Shown here one piece after another: positions 24,288 to 34,270 of a DNA stretch of 64,000 bases (positions within the stretch are counted from its first letter, which is position 1; each line of letters begins with the position of its first letter). Under the pieces are notes generated by a model that was not told the origin of the DNA, did no database searches, and saw nothing but the letters and a program-made list of their open reading frames with translations. Location: contig CBDBGH010000003.1 of NCBI GenBank assembly GCA_965205265.1, positions 5,376,001 through 5,440,000 on the forward strand, given 5' to 3'. The position numbers and the translations under genes are program-made. Origin of the DNA: Alphaproteobacteria bacterium. GTDB lineage: Bacteria; Pseudomonadota; Alphaproteobacteria; Bin95.

Positions 24288-26203
24288 CCTGACTTCGACG
24301 GTTGATTCGCATAAGTAGTTGATATTGCCTGGTTCTCATTTCGGCTAGGCACTACATCCGGCATTTCTTCGAGCCGTGCTTCGTCGACGGTCAGGCGAGT
24401 TGATACGGGGTGATCGTCAGGGGCAGCCCCATGGTTGCGTAAATCTGCTCCGCCGCCGGTGTCGGCTTCGAGGGGATGACGTAGCGGTTGCCCGATTGCC
24501 GACAGCGCAGCAGGGAGCACTGGCGGTGGACGAGGGCGGAGCGGATGACCTCCGGGGACATCCGCCGCTTCTGGATGGCGACGCGGTACGCAAGGTGTCG
24601 AACGCAGGCGAAGGCCAGGAAGGCGATGGCGATGTGAGCGCGGATCCGGTCCGGGTTCCAGTGCCAGATGGGACGTATCTTCAGGTCGTGTTTGGTGATC
24701 CGGAAGCTCTCCTCGACCTGCCAGAGCCCCTGGTAGTGAGCCATCACTTCGGTGACGCGCGCGTCGCGCAGATTGGTGATGACGCCGGTGAGCCCGTCCC
24801 ATCGTGCGGCCTCGGCGATCTTCTCCGGGTTCACCGTGAGCCGTGCGTCGCCCTCGACGGCGATGAAGCGCTTCGCCCCGTGATTGGAGAGCAGTTCCCT
24901 GGGATTGTCGCTGCGGGCCAGCCTGTCGAGCAGGCGTTCCACCTGATGGCGGCGCTCGTGCGCGTCCTTGCGTGCGCGCTGGGGGCAGAAGACGACGATC
25001 AGGCGACGGCCCTTGTACTCCCACTCGCCGACCCGGCGGTCCTGTGAGCCCTCCAGCGGGGCATAGGTCCCGGGGTCGAGAACCTGCCCCAGCAGCGCGA
25101 GCGGCAGCTTGCGCAGCCGCGCGCCGACGACATACTCGCCGCCGATGGCGTCCATGGCGTCGAGGTTGTCGGCGCTCAGCATGCCCCGGTCGGCCACGCA
25201 TACCGTGCGCTCCACCTGGTGGCGGCGCTGCATGTCCTGCAGGACCGGGACCATGCTGTGTCCCTCGTAGGTGGCGCCGGGGAAGACCTCGTAGCTGATC
25301 GGCAGCCCTTCGCGCGTCACCATCAGCGCCAGCAGAACCTGCGAGTCCTTGTGTTTGCCGTCCTTGCTGAAGCCGTGCTGGCGAAGCTCGTCCTCGGCGG
25401 CCGTCTCGAAGTAGAGCGTGGTGCAATCGAAGAAGAGGATCGCGACCGGCTCCGGCAGCAGCGACCGGCTCGCCTCGCCGACGCGCGTGCGCAGTCGCTC
25501 GATCACCGTCGCGTCGAGCTGATCCATCATCCGGTAGACCTTCTCGAGCGGAAGACTCACGCCGAAGTCCTCCTCGAGCCGGCGCACGCTGCCCCGCTTG
25601 CTGTCGGGGTTGGCTACCCGCGCCATCACCACATGGAACAGCGCGTCATGGGAGGCCCGGTAGCGCGAGCGCGGCAGCAGCGCGTCGAGGCCCAGCAGCC
25701 GGTAGATCTCGCCATAGACCTCGTGGATGCCTGTGATCAGGCGCTGCTCCTCTTCAAGCTGCTTGAGGTCGACCGGGAGTTCCTCCTTGCCGTCCCCCCG
25801 GCGGCCGACACGGATCGCCTGCTCAGCGATCTTCTCGGGCGCAAACAATGCCGGCTGACGCTCGTCCTCCAGCTTCGCCTTGACGTACTCGCCGAGCTGC
25901 CTCAGGCGCTCGAGCTCGTCCTCGTCCATGGCCACGCCGACATGGCGGACGATGCGCTGTCGGACCTTGCCGCCGTCGCGCACGGCCTCGACGATCTGGA
26001 CCGAGCGTCGCGGGCTGTTGGGGGAGGTCTTGATGCGCACGAACATGGGGGGAGTGTAGCGCGTGGCGGAGGCATTGACAGTCTCAAAGATTTACTAGGC
26101 ACTACAACGCAGCTTGACCGCACCGCAACTGCCAACTCATTGGCTTTACTGAAAACTCCAGACGCGAGATCGGTCAGAAGTCAGCCCAACCGTCGAAGTC
26201 AGG
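24288..26203 (-). mobile_element. IS1634-family insertion sequence (1916 bp)
   Basis: Perfect 17-bp terminal IRs CCTGACTTCGACGGTTG and a single DDE transposase. Confidence 0.95.
24391..26046 (-). CDS. IS1634-family transposase
   Basis: FFDCTTLYFE, GFSKDGK, VADRGMLS, LWQVEESFRITKHDL..RPIWH, RIRAHIAIAFLA. Confidence 0.95.
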   Translation of the reverse strand: MFVRIKTSPNSPRRSVQIVEAVRDGGKVRQRIVRHVGVAMDEDELERLRQLGEYVKAKLEDERQPALFAPEKIAEQAIRVGRRGDGKEELPVDLKQLEEEQRLITGIHEVYGEIYRLLGLDALLPRSRYRASHDALFHVVMARVANPDSKRGSVRRLEEDFGVSLPLEKVYRMMDQLDATVIERLRTRVGEASRSLLPEPVAILFFDCTTLYFETAAEDELRQHGFSKDGKHKDSQVLLALMVTREGLPISYEVFPGATYEGHSMVPVLQDMQRRHQVERTVCVADRGMLSADNLDAMDAIGGEYVVGARLRKLPLALLGQVLDPGTYAPLEGSQDRRVGEWEYKGRRLIVVFCPQRARKDAHERRHQVERLLDRLARSDNPRELLSNHGAKRFIAVEGDARLTVNPEKIAEAARWDGLTGVITNLRDARVTEVMAHYQGLWQVEESFRITKHDLKIRPIWHWNPDRIRAHIAIAFLAFACVRHLAYRVAIQKRRMSPEVIRSALVHRQCSLLRCRQSGNRYVIPSKPTPAAEQIYATMGLPLTITPYQLA

Positions 26204-26541
26204 TGCTTTCGCAGTTGCAGTTGCCACAGTCTCCGCTTCCGTTGATCCGACTGATGTTCCAGCAGAGCAACTGCTTCCAGATTGTTGATCGCGGCAGAGG
26301 GCTTCAGGCAATCAGCACCGAGCAGCAACTGGCCAAGCAGGGCATGCTTCAGGCAGGGAGCAATGTGCAGGGAGGCTCGCTGGTCGCGGCTGACTACACC
26401 ATCACCCCAAATGTCGTCTTCTCGGACCAGAATGCGGGGGGTATGGGGATGGCGGCGGGAATGCTCGGCGCCATTATCCCCGGTGCCGGGCTCCTGGGCG
26501 GCATCAATGTCAAAAGCAAGGAAGCCCAGGTGGTGCTGTTT
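26204..26541 (+). repeat. 338-bp direct repeat, copy 2
   Basis: Matches 23950-24287. Confidence 0.95.
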
Positions 26542-26811
26542 CTGACGGACAACCGATCCGGCGTGCAGGTTGCCGCAGCGGAAGGTTCGGCGAAGGTCTC
26601 CGACATTGGGTTCGGCGCGTTGGGATTTGGCGGCGGTTTGGGCGCGCTCGGCGGTGCTTACGGAAGCTCCGACCAGGGCAAGGTTGTTGCCGCCGCGCTG
26701 CTGGACGCCACCAACAAGGTGATTGCCGTCGTCCGGTCGCGCAGGCAGTAGCCTCTGCTTGGCGGCGTGTCTTTACGAACCTCGCGGTCGGGGACGCTCC
26801 GCTGCGCCACC

Positions 26812-26848
26812 CGGTTCCCCGGAGGATGTACGCGCCTCCGGGGAACCG
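26812..26848. terminator. Perfect 14-bp hairpin after the CsgG-like gene (terminator- or REP-like)
   Basis: CGGTTCCCCGGAGG-9nt-CCTCCGGGGAACCG, with no clear U-tract. Confidence 0.45.
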
Positions 26849-27047
26849 TCTCACCCGATGACATACGCTCTTACCGAATCACGTTCAGGAAGGGTGACTG
26901 AAAGGTGGATGACTGCTCCGGCATCTTGATTTTTTCTTTGCAGATAACAGGTTGTGGGATGCGGCGGTTCCTCTCCTGGGCACCATCTTTCGTTCCGGCA
27001 TGTCCCGCCCGAACGTGTCGCCGGCGTCCCCGTATGCAAATGCCGGG

Positions 27048-27443
27048 CTAGAGGCAGCCCGCGCCGGCGCGGGCGCAGTCTTCGTCTTCCTGCCCGGTGC
27101 CGCCGCCGACGCCGCAGGCGCCGATGACCCGTCCATCGCGGAGGATCGGCACAGCGCCCTGGCCGTAGATGAGGCGCCCGCCGTCGGCCGCCGCGATGCC
27201 GCGGAAAGTCGGGTGGTCGGCGCGCTCCGTCAGGTCGCCGCTCGGCCGGCCGAAAGCGGCGGATGCGGCGGCCTTGCCCTGGGAGCCGTAAACGGCGGCC
27301 CAGATCGCCCCGTCCATGCGCTGGAAGGCGATGAGGCGCCCGCCGGCATCCGACACCGAAACGCAAACGAGAATGCCCAGGCTCTCCGCATGCGCGATGG
27401 CGGCCGCGGCGACACGGTTGGCTTCCTGGAGGGTGAGCGGCAT
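27048..27443 (-). CDS. GlcG/HbpS-family heme-binding protein
   Basis: VSDAGG.LIAFQRMDGA, GKA, GAVPI..DG.VIGACGVGGGTGQED. Confidence 0.92.
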   Translation of the reverse strand: MPLTLQEANRVAAAAIAHAESLGILVCVSVSDAGGRLIAFQRMDGAIWAAVYGSQGKAAASAAFGRPSGDLTERADHPTFRGIAAADGGRLIYGQGAVPILRDGRVIGACGVGGGTGQEDEDCARAGAGCL

Positions 27444-27554
27444 GAGAGGTCTCCGGATCGCTAAGGTTCAACGCCCCTGCCGGGCGCGCATAGTGTATAG
27501 CAACCGCCTTCGCCGTCGGAAGGACGGACGGGAAGCCGGCAGGGGAGGCAGCCC

Positions 27555-28937
27555 ATGCGACCGAACGAAAGAACCCTCGACCTCAGATCCTTTCTTGAAG
27601 ACCTGGAAGCGGCGGACCCCGCAAGCATCCTGCGCATTCCGGAACCGGTCGCCCTCGACTTCGACGCGACGGCGGTGGCGATGGAACTGGAGAGGCAGGG
27701 CCGCGCGCCGGTGGTCCGCTTCGACAAGATCGGGGACTCGCCCTTTCCCGTCGTCGCCAACCTGTTCGGCAACCGCCGGCGCTATGCTCAGGCGCTGGGC
27801 GTTTCCGAAGCGGAGCTGATCGAGACCTGGAGCGGGCTCGGCGACGGGACCATCGAGCCGGTGATCCTGAAAACGGGCCCTGTTCTGGACAGGGTGGTGA
27901 CCGGCGGCGATGTCGATCTCGGCGCGCTGCCGATCATGAACCATTTCGCCGAGGACGGCGGGCGCTATGTCACCAACGGCATCGTCGTCGCGCGGGACCC
28001 GGACAGCGGGGTGCGCAATGCCAGCTACCACCGGCTGCAGGTCATGGGCCGGACCCGTTTCGGCACCAGCCTGCACAGCCGCCGGCATCTCTGGAACTAT
28101 GCAGAGCGCGCCGCCGAAAAAGGCGAGGCGATCCCGGTATCCATCGTCATCGGGCACCATCCGCTGTTCGCCTTCGGCAGCGGCCTCTGGAAGGGACCCA
28201 TGGACGCCGACGAATACGCCGTCGCCGGCGGCTTCATGGGGCGGCCTCTCGAGCTGGTCCGGGGCGTGACGGTGCCGGTCGAGGCACCGGCCTTCGCCGA
28301 GTTCGTCATTGAGGGCCATATCCTTCCCGGCGAAAAGGCTGACGAGGGGCCGTTCGCGGAATTCACCGGCTATGCCTCGGCCCGTTCTACGCAGCATGTC
28401 ATCGAGGTGTCGGCGATCCTGCACCGCGAGGACGCGATCTACCAGGACATCGTGCCGGGCATTTCCGACGAGCATACCGGCCTCCTTGCGGTGCCGATGG
28501 AAGCGCGGCTGCTCAAGGTGCTGCGCCAGAACTATCCCAATGTCACCGGAGTCGCGATGCCGAAATCCGGCACCTGCCGCATGCATGTCTATATCGCCAT
28601 GAGGAATCCCGCCCCCGGCCAGGCGAAGAACGCGGCCGCCACGGCGCTCGGCGAAGACCTCAGCCTGAAGCTCGCCATCGTGGTGGACGACGACGTGGAT
28701 ATCGCCAGCGACCGGGATGTCATGTGGGCCGTCTGCACCCGCATGCAGGCGGACGCGGACGTGGATATCCTGAAGAACTGCATGGGCGCGATCCTCGACC
28801 CGTCCAACCATGACGGGCTGACCGCCAAGATGATGATCGACGCGACCAGACCCGCCGGCGACTTCCCGCCCCGCCATACGATTCCGGAAGACGCGGCGGT
28901 GCGCGCGCGGGAGCTGGTCCGGAAATACACCGCCTGA
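27555..28937 (+). CDS. UbiD-family prFMN-dependent decarboxylase
   Basis: DGGRYVT, NASYHRLQV, EFVIEG, EGPFAEFTGY, IVVDDDVD...VMWA. Confidence 0.95.
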   Translation: MRPNERTLDLRSFLEDLEAADPASILRIPEPVALDFDATAVAMELERQGRAPVVRFDKIGDSPFPVVANLFGNRRRYAQALGVSEAELIETWSGLGDGTIEPVILKTGPVLDRVVTGGDVDLGALPIMNHFAEDGGRYVTNGIVVARDPDSGVRNASYHRLQVMGRTRFGTSLHSRRHLWNYAERAAEKGEAIPVSIVIGHHPLFAFGSGLWKGPMDADEYAVAGGFMGRPLELVRGVTVPVEAPAFAEFVIEGHILPGEKADEGPFAEFTGYASARSTQHVIEVSAILHREDAIYQDIVPGISDEHTGLLAVPMEARLLKVLRQNYPNVTGVAMPKSGTCRMHVYIAMRNPAPGQAKNAAATALGEDLSLKLAIVVDDDVDIASDRDVMWAVCTRMQADADVDILKNCMGAILDPSNHDGLTAKMMIDATRPAGDFPPRHTIPEDAAVRARELVRKYTA

Positions 28938-29221
28938 GCGCCGTCCCCGGAATCCTGCGACAGCGAGTCTTTGACTCGCAGGGCGCATGGCATAAGCTGG
29001 GCGGGCACCCCGGCCGCGATGCATCCGTTTCCGGATGCACGCCTCTCATTCGGAGGCGCCGGCCTGCGGAGCGGCGTAATCGATACCCGGTTCGGCTGCG
29101 CTGCGCCTTCGCGATGCGGGTGTCTTGCACGCAGCCTGCGGGCCGCATGCAGGCGGGTTGCCGGCGCGCGCGGAGGGCGCCGCCAGCCGAGCCACGAACA
29201 CCGGGCAAAAGGGAGACCGCC

Positions 29222-30361
29222 ATGCTTCGCTCATATCTTCCACGCATTGCCACATTTGCAGGGGCCGCCGCCTTTGCCGCCGCGACGGTGATGCTTGCCG
29301 CGGCGCCGACGCCGGCCAAAGCCGAACTGGAGAAGGTCATCATCCGGGTCTCGGTGGACCTGCCGCCGCCGCCGCATCCCACGGCCATCGCCATGGAGTG
29401 GTTCAAGGAACAGGTGGAATCGCAATTCCCCGAGGGCAGCGAGGTGCGGAACTTCTATGCCGGCGCCCTCTACAAGGACCCCGACGCCATGACCGCCATG
29501 ACCCAGGGCAATCTGGAGATGGGCTGGCTGGTCTCCGGCAAGACGGCCGCAACGGACATCTGGATGAGCATTATCGGCCAGCCCGGCGTGCTTACCACGG
29601 TCGCGGCCATCCACGACCTGGAGAACCAGGCCACGGGCAAGATGCTGCTGAACCGCCTGCGTGAGAAGCACTTCATCGAGCCGTTCGGCTTCGTCGATCT
29701 CAGCTTCGCGCTCGCCATTGCGGGCAAGGAGCGGCTGCTTGCGATGGACTCCTTCCAGGGCAAGAAGATCCGGACATTCGCCGCCGCGGTGAACCCGGTA
29801 GTGGCCTCCTGGGGCGCCTCCCCGGTGGTCATGTCCTTCGGCGACGTGCCGAGCGCGCTCGAATCCGGCGTGCTCGACGGCGTCATCACCTCCATCGGTG
29901 GATGGCGCTCGATCACCGAGCAGACGCCCTATTACACCATCGCGGGCATCTCCACGGTGACCTTCGACAACTACTGGGTCGGCGCCAGCCAGGCGTGGTT
30001 CAACAAGCTGAACGACGAGACCCAGGCGAAAATCCGCGAGCTGGTCGAGCAGGCCGTGAAGTACCAGAACGAGCTCAACTGGTGCAACGACCAGTTCGCC
30101 ATCCGCCAGTACAAGGCCGAGAACCCTTCGGATGTCGGCATCTACTCCGCGACTCCCGAAGAGGCGAAGCCCCTGCAGGAAGCCATCGGCAACAATGTCG
30201 CCGACTACCTCAAGGAGCGGCTGCCGGAAGAGGCGCATGAATGGGTGGACAGGTTCCTCAAGGAGGGGCGCGAAGCCTCGGCGCGCCTCGGGCCGGGCAC
30301 CGATCCGGTGGAGAGCGTCGATTGCGCCAAGCATGAGCCGGTGCTCAAGAAGAAGGGGTAA
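29222..30361 (+). CDS. dctP: TRAP transporter substrate-binding protein
   Basis: Signal peptide, FQGKKIRT, GASPVVMSFGDVPSALESGVLDG. It lies upstream of dctQ and dctM. Confidence 0.9.
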   Translation: MLRSYLPRIATFAGAAAFAAATVMLAAAPTPAKAELEKVIIRVSVDLPPPPHPTAIAMEWFKEQVESQFPEGSEVRNFYAGALYKDPDAMTAMTQGNLEMGWLVSGKTAATDIWMSIIGQPGVLTTVAAIHDLENQATGKMLLNRLREKHFIEPFGFVDLSFALAIAGKERLLAMDSFQGKKIRTFAAAVNPVVASWGASPVVMSFGDVPSALESGVLDGVITSIGGWRSITEQTPYYTIAGISTVTFDNYWVGASQAWFNKLNDETQAKIRELVEQAVKYQNELNWCNDQFAIRQYKAENPSDVGIYSATPEEAKPLQEAIGNNVADYLKERLPEEAHEWVDRFLKEGREASARLGPGTDPVESVDCAKHEPVLKKKG

Positions 30362-30385
30362 TCCGGGCATGACCGCCCGGGAGGA

Positions 30386-30410
30386 CGGGGAGGCCCGCCG
30401 GGCCTCCCCG
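30386..30410 (+). other. Intercistronic hairpin between dctP and dctQ
   Basis: CGGGGAGGCCC-GCC-GGGCCTCCCCG. Confidence 0.6.
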
Positions 30411-30421
30411 GCCCCGCCCGC

Positions 30422-30985
30422 ATGAACCGCCTCTATTACATCTGGCGCACCTTCCAGGAACGGTTCGTCCAGTATGTCGCGGCGTCGCTGCTGCTGGCGC
30501 TGACCCTGCTGGCAGGGCTGGAGGTCATTCGCCGCTATATCTTCGGCGTGTCCTTCGAGTGGCAGCAGGACGCGGTCACCTTCGGCATTCTTGCCGGCGT
30601 GTACCTGTTTTTCGCGATCACGCAGAGCCGCGGGGCCCATCTGCGGGTGACGATCATGCTGATATTGCTGCGCGAGAAGGCCGGGCGGTGGGGCCGCGTC
30701 CTCGCTGGCCTGTTCGAGATCTTCGGCGCAATCGTCGGGCTCGCGTTCTGCGCATGGCTGGTTTGGCGGGGCCTCGAAGTGGCGGACCTGATGATCCTGC
30801 AGGAACGCAAGACCGAGAGCCTGGCGTTCCTGCTGTGGCACTTCTTCGTCGTCTTCCTCCTCGGCATGGCGTTTCTCGCGGTGAGCTATGCTTTCCAGCT
30901 CTACCACCACATTTGCACGATGCTGGGCGGAGCAGGACTGGTGGAGCGCTACGAGTCCCACACCGATGAAGGCTCGCTGCTCTAG
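30422..30985 (+). CDS. dctQ: TRAP transporter small permease
   Basis: Four TM segments, EVIRRYIFG, GAHLRVTI. Confidence 0.9.
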   Translation: MNRLYYIWRTFQERFVQYVAASLLLALTLLAGLEVIRRYIFGVSFEWQQDAVTFGILAGVYLFFAITQSRGAHLRVTIMLILLREKAGRWGRVLAGLFEIFGAIVGLAFCAWLVWRGLEVADLMILQERKTESLAFLLWHFFVVFLLGMAFLAVSYAFQLYHHICTMLGGAGLVERYESHTDEGSLL

Positions 30986-31040
30986 ATGATCCGCATACAC
31001 GAGCCGCCAGGCGCCGGAGGCCCCGAAGGAGCCTTGCAGG

Positions 31041-32330
31041 ATGGGTAGTCTGCTCGCCGGCATCCTGGCCTTTCTCGGCTCGGGAGTCACCATCGGCATC
31101 GCGCTCGGCGCCGCCAGCGCGATCTACATCCTTTTCGATCCGCTGCTGGATGCGCGGGCGCTGTCCTCGGCTTTCTTCTCGTTCCTCGGCCACTACAGCC
31201 TGATGGCGGTGCCGCTGTTCATCTTCGCCGGTTTCCTCATGGAGCGCACCGGCATGGTGCGCCAGCTGTTCCAGTTCGCGGAAGCCCTGGTGAGCTGGGT
31301 CATTGGCGGGTTCGGGCTGGCGACGGTCACGACCTGCGTGCTGTTCAGCGCCATCTCCGGCTCGAGCGTCGCCGTCGCCTCGGCGATGAGCCTCATCACG
31401 ATTCCGGAGATGCGCAAGCGCAACTATCCGGACTGGCTGTCGGCCGGCATCGTGGCCTCGGGCGGCGGCATCGGCCTGCTCATCCCACCGAGCCTCTCGC
31501 TCATCATCTACGGCATCGCGACGGAAACCTCGATCGTGCGCCTGTTCATGGCCGGCATAATTCCCGGCCTGATGCTGGCGGGTGGCATGTTCATACTCAT
31601 CATACTCGCCGCCTGGCGCACCGGGAGCCTGAGCCGAGGCCACTTCGCTTGGGGCCCGTTGGGGCGGGCGACCGTAGGGGCGCTGCCCGGCCTCGCCATG
31701 CCGGTGCTGGTGCTGGGCGGCCTCTATGGCGGGCTGTTCACGCCGACCGAAGCGGCCGCGGCCGCTTGCGGCTACGCCCTGCTCTACGGCCTTGTCACGG
31801 GCCGCGGCGAGTTCCTGCGGAACCTGCTGCCGACGGCGGCGCGGGCCATGAACCTGAGCGCCGTGGTGTTCTTCCTGGTCGGGAGCGTCGGCATCTTCCA
31901 GTTCGTCGCCGCCAACCAGGCATGGCCGCAGCAGCTCGCGCAATTGGTCATCGAGATGCAGCTGGAGCCGCTCCCGTTCCTGTTCGGCTACATGGCGCTG
32001 TTGCTGATGCTCGGCACCTTCCTCGACGGCATCGCCATGATCCTGCTGACGGTGCCTGTCGTCTTTCCCGTGGCCACGGCGCTCGGCATCGACCCGATCC
32101 ATCTGGGCATCGTGGTCACCATGGGCGTGGAGCTGAGCGTCATCACGCCGCCGGTGGGTTTCAATCTCTACGCGGTCAGCGGCATCGCCCAGATTCCCAT
32201 CCAGACCGTGCTGCGCGGCGCGATGATCTTCTTCGTGTCCGATTTCATCGTGACGCTCATCATCATCCTGGTGCCGGAGCTCTCCACCTGGCTGCCCAGG
32301 GTGCTTGGCGGCGCCTCGCCGTTCGGGTAG
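31041..32330 (+). CDS. dctM: TRAP transporter large permease
   Basis: AVPLFIFAG, ISGSSVA, LIPPS, FTPTEAA, ITPPVGFNLY. Confidence 0.95.
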   Translation: MGSLLAGILAFLGSGVTIGIALGAASAIYILFDPLLDARALSSAFFSFLGHYSLMAVPLFIFAGFLMERTGMVRQLFQFAEALVSWVIGGFGLATVTTCVLFSAISGSSVAVASAMSLITIPEMRKRNYPDWLSAGIVASGGGIGLLIPPSLSLIIYGIATETSIVRLFMAGIIPGLMLAGGMFILIILAAWRTGSLSRGHFAWGPLGRATVGALPGLAMPVLVLGGLYGGLFTPTEAAAAACGYALLYGLVTGRGEFLRNLLPTAARAMNLSAVVFFLVGSVGIFQFVAANQAWPQQLAQLVIEMQLEPLPFLFGYMALLLMLGTFLDGIAMILLTVPVVFPVATALGIDPIHLGIVVTMGVELSVITPPVGFNLYAVSGIAQIPIQTVLRGAMIFFVSDFIVTLIIILVPELSTWLPRVLGGASPFG

Positions 32331-32348
32331 GGGCGCGCCCCGCGCCCG

Positions 32349-33173
32349 TCACGCGCGGTCGAAAGAGACGGTCTCGATTTCCTTCGTGTCGATGCGCGCG
32401 ATGGTCAGGCGTCCGGGTTCGGGGCGGTCGTAGTGGATGCCGGTGTCGATCCCGAGCACGTTTCCGCGCCAGAGGGGCGCATGGAGCGAGGTGTGGCCGG
32501 TGAGCACGGCGCGAACGCCTTCCACGGCGCCCTGCCATTCATCGCCGCTCTCGCCGATATAGGGGTCCGTGCGGCCGTAATAGATACGGCTCCAGAGCGC
32601 CCGCGCACGGGCGGTGTGGCCGGCCGGCCCCGCGTCTTCGAGCCCGTCCTCCAACTCCCGCCAGGACCGGAATACGGGGCAGGCGTGGACGAGGCCGACC
32701 GGGCCGAACGGGGTCTCGACCCGCGCGGAGAAGGGCAGGGCCTTCAGCAGGTCCATCCAGGCGCGCGCGCTGTCCTCCGGGCCTCGCTCATGCCACCAGC
32801 CGCCGCCGTTCATCCGCCAGAGGCCCCAGGCGCCGCCCGCCCGCCGCAGCCCGCCGAGCGGCGGCAGGGGCGAGGAGGCGAGCGCCTCCAGCATCATCTG
32901 CTCGTGGTTCCCGCGGAGCACGAGGTCGAAGCGGGCGGACGGGTCCCGGCCGGCGATCCATGTCCGGGCCTCGAAGGAGTCCGGTCCGCGGTCGATCAGG
33001 TCGCCGAGCGAAAACAGCCGGTCGCCCTCGCCGAATTGCAGTTCGGCCAGCGCCCGGCGCAGGGTGGCGAAATGGCCGTGGACATCGCCGACGACAAGAT
33101 CGCGGCCGTTGCGGTTCGGCCCGAGGCTCACGCTGAGCGCCAGGCCGGGCGGAGAGAAGCTGTCGAGTCTCAC
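32349..33173 (-). CDS. Calcineurin-like metallophosphoesterase (PphA/lambda phosphatase-like)
   Basis: GDVHG, GDLIDRG, RGNHE, GHT, IDTG. Confidence 0.92.
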   Translation of the reverse strand: MRLDSFSPPGLALSVSLGPNRNGRDLVVGDVHGHFATLRRALAELQFGEGDRLFSLGDLIDRGPDSFEARTWIAGRDPSARFDLVLRGNHEQMMLEALASSPLPPLGGLRRAGGAWGLWRMNGGGWWHERGPEDSARAWMDLLKALPFSARVETPFGPVGLVHACPVFRSWRELEDGLEDAGPAGHTARARALWSRIYYGRTDPYIGESGDEWQGAVEGVRAVLTGHTSLHAPLWRGNVLGIDTGIHYDRPEPGRLTIARIDTKEIETVSFDRA

Positions 33174-33287
33174 GGGCCGCCGCCTTTCCTGCTGTCGGGA
33201 AAGCGGAACATAGGGCAGGTGGAGGCGCAGATTGAAGCACGCGGCGGGCGGGCGCTATGCTGGCCGGGCGCACGATGCCCGGAGACG

Positions 33288-34259
33288 ATGCCCGTGAGAC
33301 CCTATTCCGCCGCCGCCGGATGGCGCGAGGAGCCGCGCTATCCCGACCCGTCGATCGAAATCCTGGACCCGCGCTTCGAGCGCTACCGCATCTTCAGCGC
33401 GGCCGTGGAGCGGCTCTGGACGGGATGCCGCTGGGCCGAGGGGCCGGTCTGGTTCGGCGACGGGCGCTGCCTGCTCTGGTCCGACATCCCGAACAACCGC
33501 ATCCTCAAATGGGAGGAGGAAACCGGGCGGGTCTCGCTCTGGCGCCGGCCGACAGACTTCGCCAACGGCCACACCCGCGACCTGCAGGGCCGGCTGGTGA
33601 CCTGCGAGCATGGCGGGCGGCGCGTCACGCGCACCGAATACGACGGCAGCGTCACCGTGCTGGCCGACAACTGGCAGGGGAAGCGGCTGAACTCGCCCAA
33701 CGATGTCGTCGTCAAATCGGACGGCTCCATCTGGTTCACCGACCCGCTGTTCGGAATCCTCGGCGACTATGAGGGCCACAAGGCCGAGAGCGAGACGCCG
33801 ATGGCCGTCTATCGCCTCGACGGCGCAACCGGGGAGATGCGCCTCGTCGCCGACGACATCGCCGGGCCGAACGGGCTCTGCTTCTCGCCGGACGAGCGCC
33901 TCCTCTACATCGTCGAATCGCGGGGCGAGCCGACGCGCAAGATCCTCGCCTACGATGTCGGCGGGGACGGCGCGCTCTCCGGCCGGCGGGTGGCGATCGA
34001 CGCCGGCCCCGGCGGCACGCCCGACGGCATGCGCGTCGATGTGGACGGCAATCTCTGGTGCGGCTGGGGCATGGGATCTCCGGAACTCGACGGCGTGATG
34101 GTGTTCGCCCCGGACGGCGAGCCCATCGGCCGCATCGCCCTGCCGGAGCGCTGCGCGAATGTCTGCTTCGGCGGCCGCAAGCGCAACCGGCTGTTCATGG
34201 CGGCCAGCCGGTCGCTCTACGCGCTCTACGTCAACACGCAGGGCGCGCACCACGTCTAA
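33288..34259 (+). CDS. SMP-30/gluconolactonase family protein
   Basis: WAEGPVW, WSDIPNNR, LNSPNDVV, PNGLCFSPDE, PDGMRVD, CANVCFGG. Confidence 0.95.
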   Translation: MPVRPYSAAAGWREEPRYPDPSIEILDPRFERYRIFSAAVERLWTGCRWAEGPVWFGDGRCLLWSDIPNNRILKWEEETGRVSLWRRPTDFANGHTRDLQGRLVTCEHGGRRVTRTEYDGSVTVLADNWQGKRLNSPNDVVVKSDGSIWFTDPLFGILGDYEGHKAESETPMAVYRLDGATGEMRLVADDIAGPNGLCFSPDERLLYIVESRGEPTRKILAYDVGGDGALSGRRVAIDAGPGGTPDGMRVDVDGNLWCGWGMGSPELDGVMVFAPDGEPIGRIALPERCANVCFGGRKRNRLFMAASRSLYALYVNTQGAHHV

Positions 34260-34270
34260 CCGGCACGGCC

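Larger units (their letters stand above)
23691..26751 (+). pseudogene. CsgG/HfaB-family lipoprotein interrupted by IS1634
   Basis: Lipobox LSAC, LEKCSAP, QQSNCFQIVDRG, TDNRSGVQVAAAEGSA. Joining 23691-24287 with 26542-26751 gives an intact 268-aa frame. Confidence 0.85.

Noticed and set aside
25219-26751. 510-aa ORF spanning the IS1634 antisense strand and the CsgG-like 3' half
   Set aside because: It is a shadow frame of the transposase that happens to be in frame with the duplicated segment, and it has no signal peptide.
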